Below, piece by piece: positions 38,412 through 48,553 of a DNA stretch of 56,054 nt. The stretch spans positions 1 through 56,054 of the forward strand of contig JAXMOL010000049.1 in assembly GCA_034669905.1 (NCBI GenBank), in the 5' to 3' direction. The position numbers were made by a program, and so were the translations under genes. Below the pieces are notes generated by a model. The model did no database searches. It saw nothing but the letters and a program-made list of their open reading frames with translations, and was not told the origin of the DNA. This stretch comes from Candidatus Hydrogenedentota bacterium. Lineage in GTDB: Bacteria > Hydrogenedentota > Hydrogenedentia > Hydrogenedentales > JAEUWI01. Each line of letters begins with the position of its first letter. Position 1 is the first letter of the stretch.

Positions 38412-40667
38412 ATGTGCTATCGCGTCGTCCTAATACTCGTCACTTGTCTGCTCCCATTTTCGAGGACGGCCCTTGCCGAGTTGCCTATCCCCGAGAATCC
38501 GCAGTGGGAAGTTATCGCCGATGTGCCTTATCTGCAGGAGGCGTCGCAAAAAGTGCCTAGCGACACGCCCCTGCACGCCGTGGCGGTCTATGGCGGCGCG
38601 GTCTATGTGGGTGGTCCAGCGGGACTCGGGAAACTCAGCAACGAGGGGCTGGTGGTTGTGCCTGACGTGACCGGTGCGGTTACCCAGTTGCACCACTATC
38701 TCGACGTACTCTGGGTCGTGGGTGACGGGGGGGTGTGGGGTTTTGACGGCACGGAATGGAAGGCCGTGAGTGCCAAGCCGGTGGCCGATTTATGTGTCCA
38801 CAATGGTCACGTAGTGGGCCTCCAGGAGGGCATGGTCTACGATGTAAGTTTTTCCGGGTTGCTCGCCATGAGTGCGGCACCGGCGCCGGGGCCCCCCTTG
38901 CAGGGGATTGCCTCCTATGCGGGCACCCTCTATGTGCACAACGGCAGCCGTCTCGGCATTCTCGATAAGGGGAAGTTTGCGGGGCAATTCCTGGCGGACT
39001 GGGGCCAGTTGCCCCCCGGTGCCGTGATTCGCGATATGCTGGCGGTGGGGAGCCGTCTGGTGGTGGCGACGGATCGGGGTCTGGCGACCTTGCGCGGCGC
39101 GACGTGGTATCGCACGGTGGGCACGGATGGTCTGCCGGTCGAGGACACAACCACCTTGACCACGGGCTTTGACCGCGATCTCTGGATTGGTTCCCGGCGG
39201 GGGGCCATGCGGCAGGTGGGCGATGAATTCCACTACTTTGGATACCAGCGGTGGCTGCCCGATAATCAGGTGAATGGCATCGTCGTGGACGGACGAACGG
39301 TTTACATCGCGACCGATGGGGGGCTGGGTATTATTGGCTACGTCCCCTTTACCCTGGCGAAGAAAGCCGCTTGGTACGAGCGCTGGATGGAGGAGTGGGG
39401 GCACAAGCGTTTGGGATTCGTCCACTCCCTGGTGAAACAAGACGGCGAATGGGTACGCCACATCAGCGACAACGATGTGGGCTACAGCAGCCACTATTTC
39501 AACGCCCTGTGTTACAAGTATGCCGTGACGGGGGATGAGGCGGTTCGTGCCGAAGCCCTCGACATGATGAAGTCCGTGAAATGGAGCGAAGAAATTACGC
39601 CCATGGATGGTTTCCCCGCGCGCTCTATCTGGGCGGTGGGGGATCAGGGCGATAAGGCCAAACATGGCTCGGGTGGATTGCCGGCCGAGTGGCACCGAAC
39701 GGAAGACGATAAATGGGAGTGGAAGGGCGATACCTCCAGCGACGAGATGGTGGCCCAGCATTATGAGACATCCCTTTTTCTCGACCTGATTGCCACCGAG
39801 GAAGAGCGGGTATGGGCGACAGAGCACATCGACCGGCTCATGTCTCACCTGCTCGACAATGGCTTTGTATTGCGCGATGTGGATGGCGAGCCCACCCGTT
39901 GGGCCCGTTGGGACCCCACGTATTTGATGGCCCCCAAGGGCTTTGCCGAGCGTGGATTGAATGCCCTCCAGGCCCTGAGTTATTTGGCGTCCGCCTATCA
40001 TCACACGGGGGACAAGAAGTTTCTGGAAGGCAAGGCCCAGCTGGTGGCGTGGGGCTATCTCGACCAGGTGCTCCGACAGAAGCGGACCTTTCATCCGGGT
40101 TACTTCACGTGGTTTGATGACCGCCTGGCCTTCCTGGCCTATGGCCCCTTACTGCGCTATGAGACGGACCCCGACCTGCGAAGTCTCTATCTGCGCAGCC
40201 TGGAACGGAGCTGGGAAGTGAAGCGGGTCGAGCAGCTGCCGTGGTTTAACTTTGTCTATGGTGCTGCCACAGGCAACGACTGTGAAACCGAAGCGTCGGT
40301 GAAGCACCTGCGCGAATGGCCCCTCGACTTGCGGGAGTATTCCTATACCAATTCCCACCGGGACGACCTGCACGCCCCCGAAGGATACCGCATGTATTCC
40401 GAGCGGCTTCGTTCGTTTTCTCCCCGGGAAACCCGTCCTGCCCGTTGGGATGACAACTGGCTCCAGATGGACCGGCAGGGTGGTGGAAACAGTGCGACCG
40501 AGCCCGGCGGTTGGTTGGAGGCTTATTGGATGGGCCGCTACTACGGAATGATTACGGCCCCCCAGACGGATGAGGAAGCCTTGCTGACCGTGCAGGAGCG
40601 GGGTCTCCAGTTGGGTGCCAAACCCTACACGGGACCAAGTCGGCCGAAGTTGAAGCACGAGGAGTAA
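38412..40667 (+). CDS. Secreted hypothetical protein: beta-propeller-like N-terminal half, helical (possibly alpha/alpha-barrel) C-terminal half
   Basis: Signal peptide; propeller-type repeats LWIGSRRG and VYIATDGGL; acidic and aromatic motif WEWKGDTSSDE. Confidence 0.75.
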   Translation: MCYRVVLILVTCLLPFSRTALAELPIPENPQWEVIADVPYLQEASQKVPSDTPLHAVAVYGGAVYVGGPAGLGKLSNEGLVVVPDVTGAVTQLHHYLDVLWVVGDGGVWGFDGTEWKAVSAKPVADLCVHNGHVVGLQEGMVYDVSFSGLLAMSAAPAPGPPLQGIASYAGTLYVHNGSRLGILDKGKFAGQFLADWGQLPPGAVIRDMLAVGSRLVVATDRGLATLRGATWYRTVGTDGLPVEDTTTLTTGFDRDLWIGSRRGAMRQVGDEFHYFGYQRWLPDNQVNGIVVDGRTVYIATDGGLGIIGYVPFTLAKKAAWYERWMEEWGHKRLGFVHSLVKQDGEWVRHISDNDVGYSSHYFNALCYKYAVTGDEAVRAEALDMMKSVKWSEEITPMDGFPARSIWAVGDQGDKAKHGSGGLPAEWHRTEDDKWEWKGDTSSDEMVAQHYETSLFLDLIATEEERVWATEHIDRLMSHLLDNGFVLRDVDGEPTRWARWDPTYLMAPKGFAERGLNALQALSYLASAYHHTGDKKFLEGKAQLVAWGYLDQVLRQKRTFHPGYFTWFDDRLAFLAYGPLLRYETDPDLRSLYLRSLERSWEVKRVEQLPWFNFVYGAATGNDCETEASVKHLREWPLDLREYSYTNSHRDDLHAPEGYRMYSERLRSFSPRETRPARWDDNWLQMDRQGGGNSATEPGGWLEAYWMGRYYGMITAPQTDEEALLTVQERGLQLGAKPYTGPSRPKLKHEE

Positions 40668-40824
40668 AGGGGGGAGGCAAAGGCCGTAGATGCACTCTGT
40701 TCGTGCCACGTCGTGGACGTGGCACGGGTGGACGTCGTGGATGTGGCAGGGGATGGTTGCCTTTTCTCGAGTCGACGTGCCATGCTCTTTCGACCCTGTT
40801 TTGTAGACACTACGGAGAGACCCC

Positions 40825-42264
40825 ATGTTTAAGTTTTGCTACCCCACTATCGCCCTTGCCGTCCTCGTCTTTTCTGGCGCCTCAATGGCCCTCGAAGTTT
40901 CCCGTGGCCTGACCCACCATCAGGTTGTCCAGTGTGACGACGACGGCACGGCCGACATGACGCTCACGGGTACGGCGGCGACTACCGGAAGCCTCGAAGC
41001 CCGGGTGGTGGGGGTGCAGAAGACTATCAGCGATTGGACGGCCCTCGGTGCGGCCGCGGAATCCTGGACCGCAACCCTTTCGGATGTGCCCGTGGGTGGG
41101 CCCTATCGCGTGGAGTTACGCGTGGTCGCCGATGGGGCTACCCTGGCGACGACCACCATTCACGATGTGTTGGTGGGCGATGTGTGGGTTCTCGCGGGTC
41201 AATCCAATATGCAGGGCGTGGGAGACCGGCACGATGAAGATACGCCCCATCCCCAGGTGCACACCTTTTCCATGAGCTACGAATGGCGTCTGGCCCAGGA
41301 GCCCTTACACACCCTCGCCGAGTCGCCCGACCAGGTACACTTTGACCAGAACAAGACCGAAGAGCAGCGCCAGAAGGAAATCTCCAATTGGCGCGATGGC
41401 ACGAAGGGCACGGGACTCGGCCTGCCCTTCGCCAAAGAAATGCTCCGTCGCACGGGTCGCCCGGTTGGGTTGATCGCCTCGGCCCACGGCGGCACCTCCA
41501 TGGGCCAATGGAATCCCGCGTTGAAAGACCAGGGCGGTGCTTCCCTCTATGGCTCTATGCTTCAACAGGTGGCGGCGGCAGGCGGGAAGGTGCGGGGCGT
41601 GCTCTGGTATCAGGGCGAGTCGGATGCCAACGCCGATGCCTCACCTGTTTTTCCCGCCAAGCTCCGGGAATTGGTGGCGGCCATGCGGCGTGATTTCGGA
41701 AATCCGGAATTGCCCTTCTACCAGGTGCAGATTGGACGGGTGGTCCTGGGGTGGCATCCCAACTCCTGGGACGCCATTCAGACGGCCCAATTGGCGCTGG
41801 AAACCGACACGCCCCACACCGGTACCGTGGCCTCCATTGATCTGGAAATTGATGATGCCATCCACATCAGTACACCGGGCCTGAAGACCCTGGGCTATCG
41901 CCTGGCCAACCTCGCCGAAGCCCATTATTATGGCGGCACGGCCCTCGCCGGTCCCCGCTATGAATCCATGACCCGGGACGGACTCCAGTTGCGGGTCACC
42001 TTCAGTGGGGTCAACGGGCGGCTGCTTGCGGCAGGACGGCCCAATGGATTCTGGATAAGTGCCGGCCCTGATGGGGATGCACCCCAGTCGATTTACAAGG
42101 TCGAGTTTAACCCCGAGAATCCGAATGGGTTGATTCTGTTTACCAATAATCAATTGCCGGAGAATCCCCACCTCTGGTATGGCCGGGGGCTGGATCCCTA
42201 TTGCAATATCGTGGACGAAGCGCAGATGGCCCTGCCGGTTTTCGGGCCGGTGGCCTTGCCGTAG
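40825..42264 (+). CDS. Sialate O-acetylesterase / SGNH carbohydrate esterase (SASA domain)
   Basis: Signal peptide; VGDVWVLAGQSNM, GGTS, WYQGESDA and DDAIH motifs. Confidence 0.9.
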   Translation: MFKFCYPTIALAVLVFSGASMALEVSRGLTHHQVVQCDDDGTADMTLTGTAATTGSLEARVVGVQKTISDWTALGAAAESWTATLSDVPVGGPYRVELRVVADGATLATTTIHDVLVGDVWVLAGQSNMQGVGDRHDEDTPHPQVHTFSMSYEWRLAQEPLHTLAESPDQVHFDQNKTEEQRQKEISNWRDGTKGTGLGLPFAKEMLRRTGRPVGLIASAHGGTSMGQWNPALKDQGGASLYGSMLQQVAAAGGKVRGVLWYQGESDANADASPVFPAKLRELVAAMRRDFGNPELPFYQVQIGRVVLGWHPNSWDAIQTAQLALETDTPHTGTVASIDLEIDDAIHISTPGLKTLGYRLANLAEAHYYGGTALAGPRYESMTRDGLQLRVTFSGVNGRLLAAGRPNGFWISAGPDGDAPQSIYKVEFNPENPNGLILFTNNQLPENPHLWYGRGLDPYCNIVDEAQMALPVFGPVALP

Positions 42265-42297
42265 GGGGCGAAAGGACACTAGCACAGGCCGGGTGTA

Positions 42298-42380
42298 GTC
42301 ATCCCCGCGAAGGCAGGGAACCAGTGCGTATCCAACGCACCTGCGGGCGCGTTCTGGATCCCCGCCTTCGCGGGGATGAC
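42298..42380. repeat. REP-like hairpin element GTCATCCCCGCGAAGGC...GCCTTCGCGGGGATGAC
   Basis: 27-nt inverted arms with 2 mismatches around a roughly 29-nt spacer. Confidence 0.85.
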
Positions 42381-42613
42381 GGAAATCTCCTGGTAATCGG
42401 CATCGCCCTCCTGCGGCGCGTCGTGGACGTGGCACGGAAAGAGGCCAACGATCACGCGATTGTCGTGGGCCTGGCGGAGTAATCGTGCTGGAATGTCATC
42501 GGTCCTTTACGTCGTTTCCGTCCTTTAGGTCCTTTCCCCTTCATTCCGTCGATTCTCCATCGCAATCGCGGTTGTTTCCTTGCTACTATCGGAGGCTGCA
42601 AGGAGAGCTAACC

Positions 42614-45187
42614 ATGACCAAACTTTTTCGCTCAATCACCCTGATTCTTTCCCTTTTCTGTATGGCCAACCTGGCCCCGGCGGCCGAGCCTTCGGGTACC
42701 TATCTGAAGGACTGGCTGCTCACCGGGCTCATACCCTTAGAGGGCCCCGACCCCGCGGCGCCCGATGGCCGTCACCTGATCGGCTTCGACCGGAATTATC
42801 TCGAAGCCCAGGGTGCGGAAGGTGAAGTGGCGCCCCAGGCGGGGCAGAAGCTCGTCTATCCCGGTGGAGAAACCACGTGGAAGGCCTGGAGCGCACCGGA
42901 AGACGCGATTGACCTCGATGAGGCAGTAAGTCGGGTGAATGGTGGACTCACCTATGCCTATACCGAGTTTGAATCGGCGAAGGCCGAAGCCGCCATTCTG
43001 GCCTTGGGCAGTAACGATGGCTGTCGCGTCTGGCTCAATGGCGAAGCGATTCATGATCACAGTGCCGCACGGGGCCTGGTACTCGATGCGGACCTGATTC
43101 CCGTCCTGCTTCAAGAAGGCACCAACCGACTCTTGCTCAAGATTGAAGACAAGGGAAATGCCTGGGGTTTCGCCTGTCGGCTTTTGCCCCTCCACGAGGA
43201 GGAGCGATGGAAGCAGTTGGCCCTTTTTCGTGCTTCCCAGGTGTCTGGCGAACCCGCCACGCTAAATTTCCTCGCGCCCACGTCGTTGCTGAAGTCCCTG
43301 GTTACCGAAGCGAAAATCCAAGTTCGCCGCGATGATCCGACGGAAGAAGTGATCTGGTCCGGCCCGTGGAATGGTCAGTCCCGCATGGCGTTGCCCATCG
43401 ACACGACGGCCTTCGGGCGCTATGTGGTGGGTATCGATGCGACCTTTGCGGGCGGCATGACGAGCACCCTGGTGCAGCCCCTCTCCGTGGGGAAACCGGT
43501 CGACTACCGTCTCTTCGCCGACGGCCAGAGCGACTATGTCATCGTGGTGGGGGAGAAGGCCTCCGAGTCCGAGCGCTGGGCTGCCGAAGAATTGCAAAAG
43601 GCCCTGAGGGAATTGGGCAAGGTTACCCTGCCCATCGTGACACCCGCCGAGGCCGCCGACAAACCCGTGGTGAGCGTCGGGTGGAACATGCGCACCGCGT
43701 CGCTGCTTTCCGACGAGGCCTCCCAGCCGGAGAAAATGGACGAGGCGTTCCGCTATCAAAACGTGGGGGCCGATGTGGTCATCTATGGCGGCAGCCAGCG
43801 TGGCACGATGTATGGCGTAATGGCCTTCCTGGAAAACGAATTGGGTGTGCGTTTCTACACCCCACGGGTGACGGTCATGCCCGAGCGGGAAGCCTTCACC
43901 TTCCGGCTGCTCCGCTTCGCCGACGCACCGGGAATCCGGGTGCGCAATGATTTTTACAAAGAGGCCTTTGACCCCACGTGGGCCGCGCGCAATCGGGTAA
44001 ACGGGGCCATGAATACCCGGGAGCAGATCGGCGGTGTGGAGGGCTACTGGTCGGTTCACACCTTTTATCCGCTCCTCTCTCCCGATGAGTTTTTCGAGAG
44101 CCACCCGGAATATTTCAGCTATATAGACGGCGAGCGTATCCACGAGCGGGCCCAGCTCTGCCTTACGAATCCAGATGTGCTCGACATTATCACCGAGCGC
44201 CTGAAGCAGCGCATGCGCGCCAACCCGGGCAACCTCATTTACTCTGTTTCACAAAATGACTGGCACAATGCCTGTGAGTGCGGCAGTTGCCAGGCCATCG
44301 CCAGGCACGAAGAGAGCGAAGCGGGTCCCATGCTCTGGTTTGTGAATCAGGTGGCCAAGCGGGTGGAAGCCGAGTTTCCCGACAAGTTCGTGGGCACCCT
44401 GGCCTACCAATACACCCGCAAGCCCCCGAAGCACATTCGCCCTCGGGAAAACGTGGTCATTCGATTCTGCAGCATCGAGTGCTGTTTCGCCCATGACTTT
44501 TTGTCCTGCCCGCAGAATGTGGATTTCGTGGCCGACATGAAGGGCTGGGCGGAAATCGCGCCCCGTATTTACGTGTGGGATTACGTGGTGAGCTTCAGCA
44601 ACTATGTTATGCCCTTCCCGAACTTCAGCGTGCTACAGCCCAATATCCAGACCCTGCGGGACCACCACGCAATCGGGATTATGGAGCAGGCGGCCTACCA
44701 GAGTCGGGGCGGAGAGTTTTCGGAGCTCAAGGCCTATCTCATTGCGAAGCTGCTCTGGAACCCCGAGGCGGAAGTGGAGCCCATCATCGATGACTTCATG
44801 TATGGCTACTACGGGCGTGCGGGCCAATACATCCGCGAATACTTCGACCTGGTCCAGGGCCTGGTCACGCCGGACACCCACTTCATGATTTGGATTCAGC
44901 CGGAGGACTCCCTTTACAGCGACGACTTCATTCGTCAGGGCGAGCGCATTCTCGATGAGGCGGAGCGGGTGGCGGACAACCAGGAGATTCTGGAACGGGT
45001 AGAGATGGCCCGCCTGCCCCTGCTCTTTCTCAAATGTCACCGCATGCCCGCCCAGGCGAAACGGGATGGCAGCTTCGCGCGCCTGGTGGAAATTAAAGAG
45101 CGCGAAGGCGTGACCCATTTTGCCGAGCAGGCCGTCAACGCCTGGCAGCGCCTGACGGATAAGATGAGTCAGGTGGGAGCGGAGTAG
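42614..45187 (+). CDS. Secreted DUF4838-domain protein (putative glycoside hydrolase) with an N-terminal beta-sandwich domain
   Basis: Signal peptide; LGSNDGCRVWLNG; RGTMYGVMAFLE..LGVRF; HTF, HPEYF, QLCLTNP, SVSQND and TLAYQYT motifs. Confidence 0.85.
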   Translation: MTKLFRSITLILSLFCMANLAPAAEPSGTYLKDWLLTGLIPLEGPDPAAPDGRHLIGFDRNYLEAQGAEGEVAPQAGQKLVYPGGETTWKAWSAPEDAIDLDEAVSRVNGGLTYAYTEFESAKAEAAILALGSNDGCRVWLNGEAIHDHSAARGLVLDADLIPVLLQEGTNRLLLKIEDKGNAWGFACRLLPLHEEERWKQLALFRASQVSGEPATLNFLAPTSLLKSLVTEAKIQVRRDDPTEEVIWSGPWNGQSRMALPIDTTAFGRYVVGIDATFAGGMTSTLVQPLSVGKPVDYRLFADGQSDYVIVVGEKASESERWAAEELQKALRELGKVTLPIVTPAEAADKPVVSVGWNMRTASLLSDEASQPEKMDEAFRYQNVGADVVIYGGSQRGTMYGVMAFLENELGVRFYTPRVTVMPEREAFTFRLLRFADAPGIRVRNDFYKEAFDPTWAARNRVNGAMNTREQIGGVEGYWSVHTFYPLLSPDEFFESHPEYFSYIDGERIHERAQLCLTNPDVLDIITERLKQRMRANPGNLIYSVSQNDWHNACECGSCQAIARHEESEAGPMLWFVNQVAKRVEAEFPDKFVGTLAYQYTRKPPKHIRPRENVVIRFCSIECCFAHDFLSCPQNVDFVADMKGWAEIAPRIYVWDYVVSFSNYVMPFPNFSVLQPNIQTLRDHHAIGIMEQAAYQSRGGEFSELKAYLIAKLLWNPEAEVEPIIDDFMYGYYGRAGQYIREYFDLVQGLVTPDTHFMIWIQPEDSLYSDDFIRQGERILDEAERVADNQEILERVEMARLPLLFLKCHRMPAQAKRDGSFARLVEIKEREGVTHFAEQAVNAWQRLTDKMSQVGAE

Positions 45188-45225
45188 GGGGGGCGTGGTG
45201 GAGTCGGGCTTGATGGGAATTTAAC

Positions 45226-45535
45226 AAAGGACCTGAAGGACGAAAAGGACTCAAAGGACAGCACGAAGCGGAGCCCCTGGAATGATGTGGGGTGTTACGT
45301 GTGGTGTGGCGAACGGCAACTAATATCGGCAGTAGCCTCAGCCCATGTGGCTTGTGACGACGGTCCTCCGTCGTCACCCGTACCTTGCCGCTACTGCGGC
45401 AATCCGCCCTCGGCGGGGACGAAATTCCGTGTTTAGATGGTTGCAACTGGTTTGACCGACAATGTGTGTCCCGCTGGAGCGGAACGGCAGGCATTGACGT
45501 TGTCCTTCGGGTCCTTTAAGTCGTTCAGGTCCTTT
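45226..45535. repeat. MITE-like element bounded by 37-bp inverted repeats built from 9-nt AAAGGAC units
   Basis: Left arm 45226-45262 and the reverse complement of right arm 45499-45535 match at 31 of 37 positions; internal hairpins are present. Confidence 0.75.
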
Positions 45536-45536
45536 T

Positions 45537-46670
45537 TCAGTTGCGCCCCGGCCACGACGTCTCATCCAGCGTCGTGCCATCAAGGTCCTTGAGGGTCGCG
45601 GTCATTTTGCCCTCGCCCCGGGGCACCGTGAGCAAGAGGTAATTGGGCACGCTTTCCAGAAACAGGGCGTTCCCTTTGTCGGCATAGACCGGCCCCTTTT
45701 TTAACGCCGTGTTGAAATAGGGGAAGCCCTCCACCTCCGCCCGTTCTGCGAAGAGGCCGAAGCCCGTGATAGCCAGGGTGCCCTGTTTGATCAGGTCTCC
45801 CCAGGCACCCTTGTTCTGTTGACGTACCTGCCGGTGCTGTTCGTTGTAGACGGTGACCACGAAGCGCTGTGTGCTCTTGGGCATAAGATCGCGGTACCAC
45901 TGAAACTGGGCGGATGTTTCATCGAGGGGATGGCAGCTCTGCCAGTTGTTCCCCATGTCGGTAATGTGGTTTAAATCCAAGGCGATGAAACGAAGGTCAA
46001 AACCGGGCACGTCCAGGTGCCACTTCCAGCCATCGCCCGGCAGGGGAAAGAACCGTTGAAAGGCCACCGCATCGATGTCATAGGTGGGGTCGTTGAGGGG
46101 CTCAAACAAGCGCGGACGAATCTGGCGGTCATGATTGCCCAGGGCCGGCATGAAGGGCGTGCGCGAGAAAAGGGCCGGGTACTTATCGATGACGCGGGAA
46201 AAGGGTTCGGTATTGTCCGGATCACCGGGACGTTCTAAAGAAACCAGGTGGGAGACCAGATCACCGCAACCCACCAGTATATGGGGATCGTCTGCGACCA
46301 AGGCCTCCAGCGGCGGATAGGATTGCCAGTCGGCGGCGAGGGCCACACGGAGCGTGTCCCCTTCGTAGCTCTTTACCCGATGAATTTCGGAAGTTTCCTG
46401 CCCTGACGTGACCTGGTAGTGCAGCACGCCAGTCTTCGGGAAGGGAATGGCGACGTGGTGCAGCGTGGTGGCCTCGTCGGATTGGCGGGATTCACCCAGA
46501 TCGCGGCTTGCTCCAAAGGAAACTGTCGACGGCGCGGGTGCGGCCGTCTCCCAATTTACCATCAGCTGGGAGGCATCATTCAGGGGGTGGGTTAACCAGA
46601 TGCGCGTGATGGGCTCCGCATAGCCCCACGATGTGGCTGCGACGAGTAAAAGCAGGAAACGCAGGGGCAT
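45537..46670 (-). CDS. Secreted metallophosphoesterase (purple-acid-phosphatase-like N-terminal domain)
   Basis: Signal peptide; VNWET...V.FG...HHV FN3-like region; ADWQ, CGDLV and LGNHD motifs. Confidence 0.8.
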   Translation of the reverse strand: MPLRFLLLLVAATSWGYAEPITRIWLTHPLNDASQLMVNWETAAPAPSTVSFGASRDLGESRQSDEATTLHHVAIPFPKTGVLHYQVTSGQETSEIHRVKSYEGDTLRVALAADWQSYPPLEALVADDPHILVGCGDLVSHLVSLERPGDPDNTEPFSRVIDKYPALFSRTPFMPALGNHDRQIRPRLFEPLNDPTYDIDAVAFQRFFPLPGDGWKWHLDVPGFDLRFIALDLNHITDMGNNWQSCHPLDETSAQFQWYRDLMPKSTQRFVVTVYNEQHRQVRQQNKGAWGDLIKQGTLAITGFGLFAERAEVEGFPYFNTALKKGPVYADKGNALFLESVPNYLLLTVPRGEGKMTATLKDLDGTTLDETSWPGRN

Positions 46671-46821
46671 GGGGTACTTTCTGTCATGGGGTAGACGGTT
46701 TGCACGAATATTACAGGGCATGTGCGCGACGATTCCAGCAGCAAACCCAAGTACTTATTGGTCTCACAAACTTATTTTCCCCTCGTACAAGTGGCCAGCT
46801 CTTATGGGATACGTTCTGTGT

Positions 46822-48438
46822 TCAGATGTTCCGTTGCGGGGGAGCTTCGCCCAGGGTCGCATAGATGCGCTTCAGCAGCGTCTTGATATTGAAGGGCTTT
46901 TGGACGATTCCGGCTGCGCCGAGATCGAGAAACCGCTCCAATTCACCTGCCGCAGAGTGGCCCGTGGTGATCAGAACGGGTACCGTCGAGTGCTGTTCCC
47001 GAAGGGCGCGCAGACATGCTTCGCCATCCATGACCGGCATGGATATGTCGAGGATGATGATATCGATAGTAGCGCCATAGCTTTCGACGAGTTCCAGGGC
47101 TTCTACCCCGTTCCTGGCGCAGAGAATGGTGTGCCCCTTCCGTTCCAGCAGTCGGGAAGTATTGTCCCGTACCACGGCTTCGTCGTCTGCAAGCAAGATG
47201 GTGCGTGGCGATTCGTTTGCCTCATCGGGCGCCTTCAAGGGGGGGGGTGGGGGCGAATCACCGAGGGGCAGAAAGACACGAAAGGTGGTCCCTTCACCGA
47301 CCGTACTCTCCACGCGAACCGTTCCCCCCATATCGTGGGCACAGTCCCATACGGTGGCGAGCCCGAGCCCGGTGCCTCGTTTTTCGCCGAGTTCTTTGGT
47401 GGTGAAGAAGGGGTGGAAAATCTGCTCCTGCATCGAATCGGGGATGCCCCCGCCCGTGTCCGACACAGAAATACAGGCGTAGTCCCCGGCGCGGAGCTCC
47501 GCACTGTCGCTGTCGGGTGTGGTCGGGATGGTGTGGCGATGGACCCGGATGGCGAGTGTGCCGGAGTTACCCATGGCTTCGATAGCGTTCATACACAGGT
47601 TAAGCAGGATTTGATGCAATTCGGCGGTGTTTCCCAGGACCCACATGGAATCTTCCCATGCGTTTTCGACGGACATGGTGATGCCCTTGGGGCAAAAGCG
47701 TTCGACGAGGGCAAAGGTGTCTTCAATAACGCCGGAAAGATCGATTGATACCTGGCCTTCGGGATTGGCATAGGCCTTGTTAAAACGGAGGAGGCGTTGA
47801 ATTACTTCCGACGCATTGGCAACTACCCCCATGATCTGCTTGAGTTCGTTGGCAGTGGGGGGCGTTGGTTGAAAGGAAAGGGCCAATTCCGTGCTGGCCA
47901 TAATACTCGCCAGGATATTGTTAAAGTCGTGTGCCACGCCGCCCGCGAGTGTGCCAATGGCTTCGAGATTGCGCGAAGCGCTCAGTTCTTTTTCCAGTTG
48001 CGCATTCTTGAGGCGCAAGGCATATTCACGGTGGGCCCGTTTAATCGCGCGCGTGAGCAGGTCGGGGGATAGGGTGTCTTTTGCGAGGTAGTCGGTGGCG
48101 CCAAAGCGTATGCTTTCGGTTGCCGTAGCCACTCTAGAGTTGCCGGTGAGCATGATAACCGGGCGCAGGTCGTTTCGTAATCGAAGTTCTTTTAACAGCT
48201 CGGTGCCTGTTGTGCCTCCCAGGAAGTAGTCCAGAAAAATAACGTGGGCCGTGCACTTTTCCAAGGCCTTCAGGCCGGACTTCCAGTCTCCGTAGCCCAC
48301 AAATTCCACCGCGAATTCGTCACAGGCCAACAGTGCGTCACGAAGGAGTTCGAGGTCTTCGTCATCGTCATCGATGGCCACCACATAGAGGGGGTGTGAC
48401 TTGTCGATATGACCAAGCTGGCTGTTGTCTTCCGTCAC
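46822..48438 (-). CDS. Cytoplasmic hybrid histidine kinase (REC-HisKA-HATPase-REC)
   Basis: N-terminal receiver (IDDDDED, FLDY, DYLAK); AGGVAHDFNN; NLCMNA; DTGGGI; FFTTK; GTGLGL; C-terminal receiver (ADDE, LDISMP, KPF). Confidence 0.93.
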   Translation of the reverse strand: MTEDNSQLGHIDKSHPLYVVAIDDDDEDLELLRDALLACDEFAVEFVGYGDWKSGLKALEKCTAHVIFLDYFLGGTTGTELLKELRLRNDLRPVIMLTGNSRVATATESIRFGATDYLAKDTLSPDLLTRAIKRAHREYALRLKNAQLEKELSASRNLEAIGTLAGGVAHDFNNILASIMASTELALSFQPTPPTANELKQIMGVVANASEVIQRLLRFNKAYANPEGQVSIDLSGVIEDTFALVERFCPKGITMSVENAWEDSMWVLGNTAELHQILLNLCMNAIEAMGNSGTLAIRVHRHTIPTTPDSDSAELRAGDYACISVSDTGGGIPDSMQEQIFHPFFTTKELGEKRGTGLGLATVWDCAHDMGGTVRVESTVGEGTTFRVFLPLGDSPPPPPLKAPDEANESPRTILLADDEAVVRDNTSRLLERKGHTILCARNGVEALELVESYGATIDIIILDISMPVMDGEACLRALREQHSTVPVLITTGHSAAGELERFLDLGAAGIVQKPFNIKTLLKRIYATLGEAPPQRNI

Positions 48439-48524
48439 GATAGTAAACCCTATACACGCTGGCCAAGACGGAGCCCTGAAGCTACGCGGGGAGCCGAAAA
48501 GAAGTCGTTACGACAACGAAGAAC

Positions 48525-48553
48525 ACTGTAGCATTGTGCCGGGGGGCTGTCAA
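48525..48553 (-). promoter_or_regulatory. Sigma-70 promoter of the hybrid kinase
   Basis: TTGACA-N17-TACAGT with an extended TG. Confidence 0.7.
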
